DNA from: Octopus vulgaris
Taxonomy: Eukaryota
Direction of reading: 5' to 3'
Assembly (NCBI GenBank): GCA_951406725.2
Contig: OX597824.1
Span: 37,758,001 to 37,822,000 of the forward strand
DNA length: 64,000 bases
Shown: in pieces, positions 40,893 to 54,954 of the stretch
Position numbering within the stretch: the first letter of the stretch is position 1
Layout: each line of letters begins with the position of its first letter
Notes under the pieces: generated by a model
Told to the model about the DNA's origin: nothing
The model's database searches: none
Seen by the model: only the letters and a program-made list of their open reading frames with translations
Program-made: the position numbers and the translations under genes

Positions 40893-40984
40893 TATCTCTG
40901 AAGAGCAGAAGCGTTGTCTATAAATGCTTATCAATATAAGATTTCATTATAGGGACAACTCTTCTGCGAAACGATCGTAAGATG
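40893..40984 (+). ncRNA. Type I hammerhead ribozyme with fully canonical core
   Basis: TATCT-CTGAAGA-GCAGAAG(c)GTTGTC...GACAAC(t)CTTCTGC-GAAA-CGATCG-TA-AGATG; predicted cleavage after GUA at 40979. Confidence 0.88.
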
Positions 40985-41183
40985 CTTTAAATTATTAATT
41001 CAAAACTTTTAAACTATCATATATATTTATACATTGTCTTTATACTTATACATATTTACATATATTTTTATATATATTTATATTTATTTACATATCTTTA
41101 ATACAATAACTATTTTCACACGGGTATATCTTTCTGAGGAGTTTTGATATTAATTTCCTTATATTAATAGTAATAATATATTA

Positions 41184-41344
<161 letters not shown>

Positions 41345-41378
41345 TGTGTGTGTATGTATATATATATATATATTTTCT

Positions 41379-41590
41379 ATATATAGCAATAAGAAAATGG
41401 AGGAGATCAATAGGTGGTTCATCAACTTTTAGACATTATATTATGTTAACTTATTTATTTATTTACTAAACTGATAATTATGTATAGAATTGTAATTATC
41501 AGTTTAGTAAATAAATAAATAAGTTAACATAATTTAATGTCTAAAAGTTGATGAACCACCTATTGATCTCCTCCATTTTCTTGCTATATA
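41379..41590. repeat. Near-perfect foldback (~100-bp arms, ~12-nt loop)
   Basis: aagaaaatggaggagatcaataggtggttcatc...ctgataatta / taattatcag...gatctcctccattttctt. Confidence 0.93.
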
Positions 41591-41759
41591 AATTAATGGT
41601 AAAATATCTCTTTACCTTCACCCATTTAGTACACTAGGTAATGTAATTGCAATGCAATAAAAACACCTGTGTATTAATAATTGGGTATTCTACCAGGAGT
41701 ATATTGGATAGATATTATCCTTTAGTGGGTTGGATTCACAACCTCTAACTTTCTTGGAG

Positions 41760-41796
<37 letters not shown>

Positions 41797-41936
41797 ATAG
41801 TAGAAAGTTGGATTTAGAAAATCAAGCGGCATCCACAGTACGCTTCCCTTTCGGGGTTGGCTGGCAGTATATAAAGTATAAATTTAGGAGATGTGAGTGG
41901 TAAAAATAGATTTATTTTTCCATATGATTTTTTTAA

Positions 41937-42318
41937 TAATTACAGCCGTTTCGTAAAACTTCTTTATTTAGTATCGTCTTCAGTTTAGAAAATTGTATGT
42001 ACATGTTTACGATATTATGTATGCTCAGCATTATGCAATACAACTGTAAGTTTATAAATCATACAAATTAACAAAAACAAAAATCTATCGCATCATATCA
42101 CCAGATCATCCCCGATTCAGCTTAACTTCTATTTGAATTGTAGACGTAGCTATTATGTTCCAGTGATCTGGTGAGCCAACTTACTTTATTTGCATCAATT
42201 TGTGACTATGAACTTCTATGATATACAACTGACCATACATATTGATGTAAACAAGTGCGTATAATTTGGCATACTGAAAATAGTACTTATTGGGGAAAGC
42301 TACGAAACAGCTGTAATC
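41937..42318. ncRNA. Pair of oppositely oriented degenerate HHR motifs (41937-41987 minus; 42271-42318 plus)
   Basis: CTGAAGA...TAC-GAAA-CGGCTG-TA and CTGAAAA...TAC-GAAA-CAGCTG-TA; remains of an old foldback. Confidence 0.55.
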
Positions 42319-42440
42319 ATACGGAAGTCATATAAATTATTAAAAATAATATATTCACCTTTCATACATCTTGATTTTATGCTTTATATATATATATATG
42401 TGTGTGTGTTTATACACTCACACATATAAATAGATAGATG

Positions 42441-42517
<77 letters not shown>

Positions 42518-43266
42518 CATACATAGATACATAGACAGACAGACAGACAGACGGATAAATAGATATATTTTCAAGCGGCTGCAACTAAGACAGATTTCCA
42601 CCCACTGCACTAAGAATCTTTAATGTTATTATCTACGGTAGTCTTTTAATGTTATGTTGTCTGTCGCTGCCAACAACATAAATGTGATCGAAGAGTTTTC
42701 ATCGTCATTAGGACGCCGGAGTGTTTGGAATATGATACTTGATATATCCTAGCGCTATTTACAAAAATAGTTGCCCGTAATACCCTGCTTGGAACAACGG
42801 TAGTGGAGATGGGTAGAATTTGTAACTTTAATCAAATGTACATGTATAAATAGACGCATACATACATACATACATACATACATACATACATACATACATA
42901 CATACATACATACATACCACAGATTCATACACACACACAGACACATACATATAGTGGAGGAAAATAAAGATTGCAGAAATACAGACGAGTACCTCAGCAA
43001 GTACCCCATGAAAAGAACCTAGATAACAGAATGACCGCCGAAATGTACAGTAATTTATATGGGTTCGATTAGGCTGCTACATTAACCAAAAAGTATAATT
43101 ACAATTAGATAAATAATAAAGGGCAAGATTTTTATATGAATTTATTTGCTGATATATGTTAGCAAACAGTGTCATATAGCTCTTCGCTATTTCATTACTG
43201 TTAGTTGTGTGCTGTCTTCACCTTACAGAACAGAGAAATCAGCTCACAAGACCATATCTCCGAAAA

Positions 43267-43305
43267 TTTCCTGAAGAAGAGGTCCTAACCCCCGAAATAT
43301 TGCAA
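43267..43305 (+). ncRNA. Ultra-minimal type I hammerhead motif
   Basis: TTTC-CTGAAGA-AGAGGT-CCTA-ACCCCC-GAAA-TA-TT-GCAA; stem III reduced to the palindrome ATAT. Confidence 0.6.
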
Positions 43306-43436
43306 TACAAGATAAACGTAGAAACCATCAATTTGTATTATATCTTTTATAACTTACATTGCCCTGGCTTTATAACAAAGATTTTAAAACGTTTATCAAT
43401 CTCGGACAAATTTTTCGTGCAAACTATGCTACACTA

Positions 43437-43487
<51 letters not shown>

Positions 43488-43652
43488 AGTGTATTTATAT
43501 ATACATACATAAATGTATATCTTATGCATATTATATAGTGTGCATATATTTTGTACATATGTATGACATGGACTCATTATGTATATGTATATACTATATG
43601 TATATATATATTATATGTATATATAATGTACATGAAGCTTATATCTATATAA

Positions 43653-43711
<59 letters not shown>

Positions 43712-43792
43712 TAGATAGACAGATAGATAGATAGATAGATAGATAGATTGATAGATAGGTAGATAGATATATAGATAGATAGATAGATAGAT

Positions 43793-43837
<45 letters not shown>

Positions 43838-43851
43838 GAGATAGATAGATA

Positions 43852-44404
<553 letters not shown>

Positions 44405-45217
44405 GTGCTTCATATTTAATGTATACGTATACATGATAATATAAAAATACCTTCAGACACACATATATATGTACACACATTTATACACATGCGTACAAGT
44501 ATACATATATATTAAGAAACATAATTGTTGATGTATAAATGTATATGTATATACATACACATATGCACACACACACACACACAAATATATATATACATAC
44601 ATATATATACACACACACACGTGCGTGTGTGCGTTAACCTTGATGCCTTTGCCTGACAAGCTGACACGCTTTAGTTCATCCACAAAAGCGAACCATTTAT
44701 CACCTAATTGGCCAAATAAATACTTCGATAAATCAGATCCACTTTTGACAACGTCTGTATGAAAAGTGGACTGGAAATACATTACATGTACGTACGTCGA
44801 TGCGTGAGAATGTGTGCATAAGTATGTATGCATATGTATGTGTATGTGCGCGCGCGCACGTGGTGCTTTTGTGGTAACGACTAACAATCGTTGTTCTATT
44901 GCACAAGTGTCATATACGGAAATGAGTGTCTTGACTGTTCCCACTTAAAGAGTACATCAATGGGTGATTAACTTTTAGTATCTTCAGAGATTGAGGAGCA
45001 TCTATCTTAGTAAATAAATGAACTCTCGGCAGAGTTTAGGGACGTCAGTAAAACAGCCGTGATACCACCGACGGTTAAGACCGGTCCGCAAACAGCTTGC
45101 TGCGTGTTCGCACCCAGTATACATATATACATAGATGCACGTACGAATATAAACATTTATATACAGGCATACATACACGTATGAATATGCTGCATATGAA
45201 TATGTGTAAGTATATGC

Positions 45218-45273
<56 letters not shown>

Positions 45274-45282
45274 GTGTGTGTA

Positions 45283-45316
<34 letters not shown>

Positions 45317-45397
45317 GTTTCTTTCTATATATATATATATGTATCTATGTATACGTATGTATGTATACATACAAGCATGTGGATGTATGTGTGCGTT

Positions 45398-45446
<49 letters not shown>

Positions 45447-45489
45447 TATACATATATACATATATATATGTGTGTGTGTGTGTATGTGT

Positions 45490-45531
<42 letters not shown>

Positions 45532-45546
45532 TTTTTCCGATGACCG

Positions 45547-45607
45547 GATAACTGAAGAGATGGCGGCGTGGATTTCCACCCCGGCATCCGAAACTCGGAG
45601 TTTTATC
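45547..45607 (+). ncRNA. Type I hammerhead motif in a ~115-bp insert between (TA)n tracts
   Basis: GATAA-CTGAAGA-GATG.CGG.GTGGA-TT-TCCAC.CCG.CATC(C)-GAAA-CTCGGAG-TT-TTATC; 5-bp stem I, GUU triplet. Confidence 0.8.
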
Positions 45608-45642
45608 ATGGCTACCAAATAATTGTCACATATTACATTTAC

Positions 45643-45691
<49 letters not shown>

Positions 45692-45721
45692 CATACATAC
45701 ATACATACATACATACATACA

Positions 45722-45757
<36 letters not shown>

Positions 45758-45821
45758 CATACATACACACACACACACACATATATACATAATAGAATAA
45801 TAAAGAGAAAGTTCTTGGTAC

Positions 45822-46118
45822 AGTATTATATATATTTGAAAGAATGAGTTGAGATTACTTTTTTGATGGGATAATTTTTATTTTAATCTTAATAATAATA
45901 TGATGTTAAATATCTCTTTTGAATGGAAATATACTGTTCATTGAATTTGTTCTGTGTAGCTAGATGATCATAGAGAATTTAACTTTGATGCTCTCAGCCA
46001 TTTGTAAGAGGCTATGTGAAGGAAGAGGTGTAAACATTATTATTAAGATTAAAATAAAAATTATCCCATTATCCCCACAAAAAGGCATCTCTACTCATTT
46101 CAAATATATATATATACT
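45822..46118. repeat. Foldback inverted repeat (~80-bp arms, ~130-bp spacer)
   Basis: atgggataatttttattttaatcttaataataat / attattattaagattaaaataaaaattatcccat. Confidence 0.85.
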
Positions 46119-46210
46119 ACTAATATAGGATGGAGCTTTTTTACAGAAAAAAATTCCTTCAAAAAATGTGGCAGCATATTAAAATACCGTTAAGGTTTAA
46201 ATTATAAGTT

Positions 46211-46259
<49 letters not shown>

Positions 46260-47204
46260 TGCATGTGTATGTATGTGCAAAGCAGAACATATGGAGCAAA
46301 AGAAACAGATTTGTGAGTGTGTGAGGAAGAAAGATTGAGAACAATCTTGTCGAACCCTACTTTCTTATACAGCTGTTATAATCTGCGCTTACCTCTTCTT
46401 TAGAAAGGACGAGAGATTTTTGGTGTTTTATGGTTTGCCCAGGTATCTCAGTGGTGTAGGTGACGGGGGTTTTCTCGCTACCTTCTATCAGCCGTGCCGT
46501 CCTGATTCTCTCTATGATACGAGCCTGTATTCGGTCACACGACCTACTAGAAATAGCAGCCAAAAAACAACTTTCATCAAATCATAACCTACCACATTAA
46601 AATAGAAAAGTACACAAGAGAGGTAGACCTGTATATCCCTAAAATTAATACAGGATTATCACACCTGAAATATCATTGCTCGTAGTCTCCGGTCGTTTCT
46701 ATCACCAAAGCCATCTCCTCTGCACCCAATCATTTTTACTTCTGTCGCAGTATTTTGTTTTTCTACATTTTACTCATTTGTTTCTTTATTTTTATATTTC
46801 CTGTTCCTTTTTTCTGTATTTCTCCCACCATCACAGTTACTACCTTTTACTATCAGTAGTGATTCCCACGCCGCCATCTTCTGGATATCTGCATACGTCA
46901 CCAACACCGTCACCAGCAGCTCCGCCATTACAGGCTACCGACGACGCTTGCTTCAATGTCGGTCGTCATTGTTATTACTATAGAAGTAACAGCAGCGTCT
47001 GTTAGCTTTATAAAAGTGGCTGAGAAATAAGAGACCATTCTCTCCGCAACGCTGTTGATGGAGAGTCTCTTGATCTTCTCAGAATTTTGACAGCAGCCAA
47101 TCAGCTTTACTTGTTGACAGACGAGTACTAAAGCGTTACCTTGCTTCAGTGATTTCCCAATACATTGACTTGCCAAGTTCTAACGCTGTACGTGTGTACG
47201 TACA

Positions 47205-47717
47205 TACGTATGTATGTATGTATGTATGTATGTATGTATGTATGTATGTATGTATGTATGTATGTATGTATGTATGTATGCATGTATGTATGTATGTATG
47301 TATGTATGTATGTATGTATGTATGTATGTATGTATGTATGTATGTATGTGTGTGTATGTATGTATGTATGTATGTGTGTATGTATGTATGTGTGTATGTA
47401 TGTATGTACGTAAGTATGTATGTATGCATGTATGTATGTATGTATGCATGCATGTCTGTATGTATGTATGTATGTATGAATACAAGCTTGTATGTATGTT
47501 GCATGCACGTATGTATGTATGCATGTATGTTTGTATGTTTGTATGTATGTGCGCGTGTATGTATGAATGAATACATATATGTACGTATGTATGAATGACA
47601 GAATTTGTGAAACTATGCATGCAGGTATGTATATGTTTGCATGAATGAATGTATGTATATGCATGTATGTATGTATGTATGTATGTATGTATGTATGTAT
47701 GTATATATGTATGTATG

Positions 47718-47782
<65 letters not shown>

Positions 47783-47867
47783 TGTTATATGTATGTATGA
47801 ATGTATGCATGCATGTATGTAGGAATGCAAGCATGTATGTATGTGTACACGCATGCATTCATGGATG

Positions 47868-47900
<33 letters not shown>

Positions 47901-48059
47901 GTGTGTATGTATGTATGTATATATGTATGTATGTATGTTTCTATGTATGTATTATGTATGAATGCATGCATGTACATATGTATGAATAAATGTATGCATG
48001 AATGTATATATGTCTGTATATGTGTATATTTGTATATATGTATATGTATGTGTCTGCGT

Positions 48060-48106
<47 letters not shown>

Positions 48107-48215
48107 CACACATGTATGTATTAATGTTTGAGTGCATGTATGCATATGTGCGTGTGTATATGTTTATGTATATATGTGTATGTATACACGTACGTATGTG
48201 TTATGTATGTGTGTA
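47205..48215. repeat. ~1-kb degenerate (TATG)n microsatellite; similar arrays at 6326-6947, 9605-9990, 11435-11805, 20031-20224, 58735-59130
   Basis: Directly visible. Confidence 0.95.
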
Positions 48216-48370
48216 ATTAATGTGTGCGTGTGTAGGTAAGTGTCTTCATGTATGCAGGTGTCTACCATGTGTTCATAAATATGTGCTGTATATATCTGGA
48301 AGTACCGTGGCTGTTAGTATTTGCTATTACCAGACTTCAACTGTTTCAGCAACCGACAATAGCAACAACA

Positions 48371-48456
<86 letters not shown>

Positions 48457-48457
48457 C

Positions 48458-48502
<45 letters not shown>

Positions 48503-48938
48503 ACAAGATTCCTTTCACTACCAATAAAGTACACCACTAGTAACTACACTGAGAGCCTCTACATGACTGCACAACCTGCTAGAAATAACACCCCTTTCTC
48601 CCGCGTTAGGCAATGCAAGTCCTCGATATATACCAGGAGACGGTTTGGTTCTGGTTGCAACATCTTTGATCGGTCAGCCCAATCAGGACTGACTGATTCA
48701 GGTTACACAATGAACACATTGTTATTAGTTATCAACAACAGCAACAATAGTCTTCATCACAGCCATCATCGTCATTATATCATCATCATTATCATCATCT
48801 TCATCATCATCATCATCATCCCCATTATCACCATCATCAACTTCACAACCATTATTATCATCATCATCATCATCGTCAATGTCTCCAATACTACCATTAG
48901 AATCAACAATATAAACTACAGCAATAACAACAGGAGCA

Positions 48939-48997
<59 letters not shown>

Positions 48998-49374
48998 AAC
49001 TACTACTACTGTTGTTGTTGTTGTTAAGCAGCAAGACGGGTAAGGGTGATTAGGTGATGGTCTAGGGCTTAAGGGCGGGAGATCCCAGACCTTGGGAAAA
49101 AACACTTTGGTCGTCTTGTAGTCGAGGGCTCTTCGTTGACGCTCGACACCACTGAGAGGTGGCCCTCGAAGTCGCTGGAAATGGTGATCTCCAGGTCCAA
49201 ATTCTTGAACGGCTGCTGCTGCTGCTGATGATGATGATGATGCTCAAAGTTTACTTTTATACATTTCTTTCCAAAACTCCAGACAAAGTATAAGTACAGA
49301 GTCATGTTCTTCCCAACAATAACTACTTCGCTTCCTTGGACAAAGTTTCTGAATATGTTATCAGAAGATTGGAT

Positions 49375-49655
49375 CAGAAGCTCCCAATCGGTGTGCCGTG
49401 GTACACTGGCACCACAAGATATTGTCAGGTGCACCGTGAAAGTAATGAAAAAAGTTTTTAAATATGAAAAATACAAATTGAAATTCTAAATTTTTGATAA
49501 ATATACTTCATTCATTAAATAAAAATCAATTAATTTATACGCTGAACTATACGTTAATATCATATTCCTTTGTGCACTACAAGACGGAACCAATTTTTTT
49601 GTAATCTGAAAATTTTCCATCTTTAGATTAATAACTTTCTAAGGTTGAGACATTT
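49375..49655. mobile_element. Degenerate hAT-type MITE
   Basis: ctcccaatcggtgtgccgtggtacactgg start and aaggttgagacatttg end. Confidence 0.45.
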
Positions 49656-49854
49656 GTTGTTTTGCTCAGGGCTACTATTTGTCATGGTTGGGAGTCAGTT
49701 GATTACTTTTTATATTTTTCATTTTTATTTGTTATTGTCCATTTATTTTATTTGTTGTTGTTTTAGTTCCTATTGTTGTTGTTGTTGTTTTTGTTTTTGT
49801 TGTTGTTGTTGTTGTTGTTTTTGTTGTTGTTTTTGTTGTTGTTGTTGTTGCCTT

Positions 49855-50800
49855 TGCACAGTTGAGCACCTTCCGAAGTATTCGAGCGGTTCCAAGCAGT
49901 GATGTTTTCTGTAAGTGCTCCACCCTTATTGCAGCCCATATTTGTTCCTCGTACTTTTCGAGATTTTTGCTCATTGTTCCCAGGGCTCCGACAATTATTG
50001 GTACTACTGCTACCTTTTTCATCGACCACAACTGCTTAACTTCCCAAGCTAACCTGTCATATCTCTCAGCTTTTCTTTCTTCCTTATCGCATACCTTGAT
50101 GTCAGCTGGGCATGCTACATCTATGATCCTATTCTCTATCTCATGGTCCTGTTCTCTATCTCATGGTCGCACTGAATCATAGAATCCCATAGGATCTTTG
50201 CATTTCTAATCACTTTCTGCTGTGTTTTCTATTCTGTATTTTATGTAGTTTGTTTTAAGTGTGGCTCTTGGGCAGCACAGATTAGAGTCTCCGTTTCCGG
50301 TTTTAAATCACTTTTAGTCATCCACAGTCATCTTTTTTCTCTGTTTGTTATCTTCAACATCCTTATGAAATTGGCCATGCATTCTTTTCGTTACCCACCA
50401 ATTTTCCTATATCTAAGGAGTGAAACCTCCCAGGAGTTGGTAGCTTCGATCTTATTCCGTCCATTTAATTTCGACTTAAGGATCAGTCTCAGTCTGCGCA
50501 AGTACTCCACCTTAAATTTTTCTGTTATTTCTTTCTCCTTCAATTTATCCATTTCCAATATTCCCAAGTACTTATAGCTCGTCTCTTCTATCTGCTTCAT
50601 AACCTCCCCCGACGGTATCATTAGCCCGTCCATACATTTGATTTTGCCTCTCTTCAAGACTAATACACCACACGTCCTCAGTCCGAACTCCATTCTGATA
50701 TCAGTACTGAAGGTATACACCGTATCAACGAGGGAATTGACTTTGGCTTCATCTTTACCATAAAGTTTGAGGTCATCCATGAATAACAAATGCTTGACTT
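49855..50800 (-). mobile_element. Dong/R4-clade LINE fragment (RT and RLE), internally deleted
   Basis: LFMDDLKLY...IRMEFGL...YKYLGI...LNGRNKI and VVPIIVGALG...LQKTSLLGTARILRKVL; 3' end abuts (CAA)n. Confidence 0.9.
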
Positions 50801-51240
50801 TTTGTTGTTGGTTTTTGAATACATACCCAGATTTGCTTCCTCAGAATCTAAAATATACAAACGAAAAACAAATTTATTAGTTCCTGCAGAATTACTGGAT
50901 GCGACTGCCAGATGCACAATACCATACAAGTATGAGCCATTGACGAATCGGCATATGGAAATGAATATCTACGCCCGAGTAGTGTACTTCCATGAAATAT
51001 GTGGGAACACAGACTTTCCTACTATGGTCTTTCTGTTTCTTGTTTCCATTCTTCAGCCATAACCAAGACTCTTCATCTGCGACGTCCTGGCGTTTGTCTG
51101 AGATGCTGACCGAGCAGTCGTTTACCCCAGATGTTTTTTTTTCCGCTCCTGCTTTCTTCTTTTCTTGTATTCCATTGCCGTTTCCGCAGTTTCTCTGGCA
51201 GCCGAAATCAGTCTTTCTGGATTATTTCTCATATACTCAG

Positions 51241-51275
<35 letters not shown>

Positions 51276-51276
<1 letters not shown>

Positions 51277-51831
51277 GAGTGAGAGAGCAGTTCATGCCAT
51301 CAAAGTGACACTGGGGTAAAATATACGAAGCCCAATATACCCATCATGACTACCCGTCTGATAAGGGTACACCAGGCACATGCATCACAACCATATGTGC
51401 GCGACATGGTGATCTCATATCAAGATAAACAGCACATGACCTTGCAGGTGGGGCCCAGTTAGAATTTTCTTCAGGTTGAGTAGCCCATCCCGCTCAAAAG
51501 GTCCCTGAATAAGGGTTGCTTAAGGATCTTGAAAGAACCACCCATGTTTCCAGAGGTGAATTATTCAAACCCCAAAGAATCCCTCCCAACACATGGCTAT
51601 GATGCTCCCCCACTACTTCTGCTCGTGATCAGAGATGCAAATATCGTCAGCCACTAAGGGACATGCTCAACTGGTTAAGGTCAAACAACTGACAAGCAAA
51701 TCTGTGGTATTGAGCAGAATATTTGCTGTAGCCCATCTTTTATACCAAGACAAAACAATGTACATGATAACACTTCCAATCAGTTAAGATCAGAAGCCAT
51801 GAGAGCCACTGCCTGGTACTGCATCAGGGCA
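51276..51831 (-). mobile_element. Complete copy of the ~555-bp (TAA)n-embedded non-coding repeat
   Basis: Precisely bounded by (ATT)n on both sides; three copies in the window. Confidence 0.85.
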
Positions 51832-51832
51832 G

Positions 51833-51888
<56 letters not shown>

Positions 51889-52199
51889 GATCATTTATCC
51901 AGATGACATACTTAACATACGTAAACCGTAGAAAAGTCAGAGGCTACAGTGGTCAGCTCGTAAAATATCCCTTAATAGATATAGTGTATAATAAATACAA
52001 TATACTTCGGAACAAGACGAAACGAAATCGTACCCCGAAGCGACCGTAAGAGTGACAGATGCACATTATTTAGCCTAGCAGCCTTTTAGCAAATCCAGTG
52101 GGGAAGAAACAATAAATAAATAATATCGTTTATGGCTGTCCAGTCTTGGTCAAAAAGGAATACATCAATAGACATGACAGAGTTGGAATTTTATGTGCT

Positions 52200-53900
52200 A
52201 AAAGTTATGCCAGCACTGGAGAATGTCAACAGTAAAAAGAAAAAAAATGGTATAGGCATACTAAAAAAAATGGTCTCAGAAAATGACAACGCAACTATAC
52301 TCTGGGATTTGCCAATACGCACAGATAGGGAGATAAAAGCTAATTGACCAGAAATTGTTGTCAGGAACCACCAAGAGAAAAGGCAATTCATGTACCGGTC
52401 TTAATAGATGATAATGTATTTTTGTGGTTTCTGGCGCAGCGGTTATGAGCCCTTCAATCTCTGCACCGATACCCGCATTTCTCAACCAGTGTTGGGATTT
52501 AACTTTGTCTATTTCAATTCTGTTCATTTTATTCCTGTATTATCCATGTAGGAACCTTTCTTGCCATTACTTTATCATGGTATCTTGTAGTCCAAAATTT
52601 TTCGTCATATCAATAAGTTAATCCGGCCCGTTTTATATTTTAGCTCTCTTGAAGACGGAAAACAGTTTCTTGTTTTGTTCATGTTTTGTAGTTATTTGCA
52701 TGTTTTCCTTGATTCTGAAATAGATAATTCTGCAGTCCTATGGTTGATATCTTACAGTAGTTTTCTAGTTGTGTAAGGCCTATACTACCTTCAATACGCT
52801 CTATGTATAACCTTTCTATGTCAGATTTTGGGTGGTGTATTCTAAATGCAGTCATTATTTTCCTTATTTTCTTGCCTAGTCTTACTACTTCATTTAGTTT
52901 CGTGTGAAAAATATTATAAACTAGGACAACTAGACTATTAACGCCTATTATCTTTTTTTTTTTTGGCATTTATCTCTGCTTTGATAAATTAGCTTAGTTC
53001 ATCTATAATATTCCCTTTTTAACTTTCATTTGTGCGTTTTGTACCCCATATAGTTAATTGGTTTCTAAGTATTTGTATGTCTGGCTTTGGTCTAGTTTCC
53101 TTATTTCAGTTCCTTTAGTATGATATTATTTTTAATTAGTTTTTTCTCGATTCAAGATTGTTTTGATGTATTTCAGTTTGCTATCAACTAACAGTAAATT
53201 CTTGTAGTAGCTTTTTTTTTGTTTTGTTTTAAGCTAAGTGTCTCGTCTAAACATCCAATGTTCCGACTGTGCTCAGAGTGCAATGTGAGACAGACTTTAT
53301 TTCAAGGCTCTTCAAGCCGAGCCCATCTCGGTTAGCCAAACCAAGTATCGCAAAGAAAGCCAAATATGTTGCTTGTCTGAGACATCTTTCCAACAAATCT
53401 ATACCTTTTCTGATATTTACACTCGACAGAGTTGCATCTAATTTATCTGTGAATTCTCCAACGTTGATTGATTTGACATTTATACATCTAGAAGCATTGA
53501 TATTTTGGTATCGTTATTTGAAATTCAGAAAGATATTTTACTGCACAACAAGGAGTCTGATAGCAAATGGGTGCCATAGAATGAACGAATGACAAGAACA
53601 TCCATTCTGTTACGTCTTCTGGTGATTATGTAGTCAATTAAATACTTATCTTTGGACCGAGGAAGCGTCAAAGTTGCTTTGTGATTCTCTAGTTAGTTGA
53701 ATAGTACGCTGGTGATAGAGAAGTCGTATGTTATAAAATATACAGCAGATGCAGACCTTTGTATTTATTCTGTTTATGGAGTATCAAAATCGGAACAGTC
53801 ACAAAGCCTTTAAGGTGACTTTTAGCATAACAGAACGTAAGTTATCATAAAAAGTGACTTTGTGGGATTCATTACATAACATAGTCATTTATTAAATAAG
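52200..53900 (-). mobile_element. Degenerate Dong/R4-type LINE relic, with an inverted piece at ~52200-52385
   Basis: IRKIMTAFRIHHPKSDIERLYIERIEGSIGLTQLE; SQHWLRNAGIGAEIEGLITAA; ENDNATILWDLPIRTDREIKAN on the + strand. Confidence 0.75.
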
Positions 53901-54467
53901 CCGAGTTCCTTTCTCTCAGATTTCTCCCTAATGGCATAATTTGGTCACTCTGACATTAGGGAAATGATGGTAGTTCTTATTGCCAGATCAATACATGATG
54001 ACCTAATTTCTTTTATGCTGTAAAAAAAGGTGTGACTTTGGCGATATTCGAAAATATGGCATAGATACAATAATTATAATTTACCCTTTATCAAATTTCT
54101 TGCTGCTTATACAAGGTGATTAAATGAATACTAATTTTCAAAAGAAAGAGGTTTATTACCTTAAAAACAATAGATAAAACAAAGCAATAGCGTATTTATT
54201 CATTCTTCATACGTTCCAGCCGATTCGGTTATTTTATACCTTAGTCTGTTATTATATATTTCTTTATTGCCCACAAGAGGAGACAAACAAGGACAGACAA
54301 AGGGATTAAGTCGATTACATTGACCCCAGTGCGAAACTGGTACTTCATTTATCGACCCCGAAAGGATGAAATGCAAAGTCGACCTCGGCGGAATTTGAAC
54401 TCAGAACGTAACAACAGACGAAATACCGCTAAGCTAACTCTGCTTACCTATGTATATATGCGTGTGT

Positions 54468-54513
<46 letters not shown>

Positions 54514-54874
54514 TTGTGTGTGTGTGTATGTGAGTGTGTGTGTGAGAGAGAGAGAGAGAGAGACTGTGTGTGCACGTATGTATTCTGATGTTTGGGCTTT
54601 TTATGGTTGGGTGAGATTTGGCTGCTATTGTTGGTAGGTCGCGCAACCACGTAGAAATTCCCTCGTTCGCTAAAACACCACAATCTCCATGATTTGTTAG
54701 ATTTGGCCTTAGATACTCTAACCTGCGCGTTTGCTTAAGTACTTGTATAGACGTTGCAAGTGGAAAAATCGATAGGATGTTGGATTTACCTACTTGACAT
54801 TCCTAGTTCGAATACTGAAACACACAAAAGATCAAAATGATTTTATATTATCTACTACATTTATATACATACAT

Positions 54875-54954
<80 letters not shown>

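Noticed and set aside
48248-49027. 259-aa plus-strand ORF with poly-Thr/Ala/Ile/Tyr
   Set aside because: Mostly trinucleotide repeats, starts in microsatellite flank, no recognisable domain.
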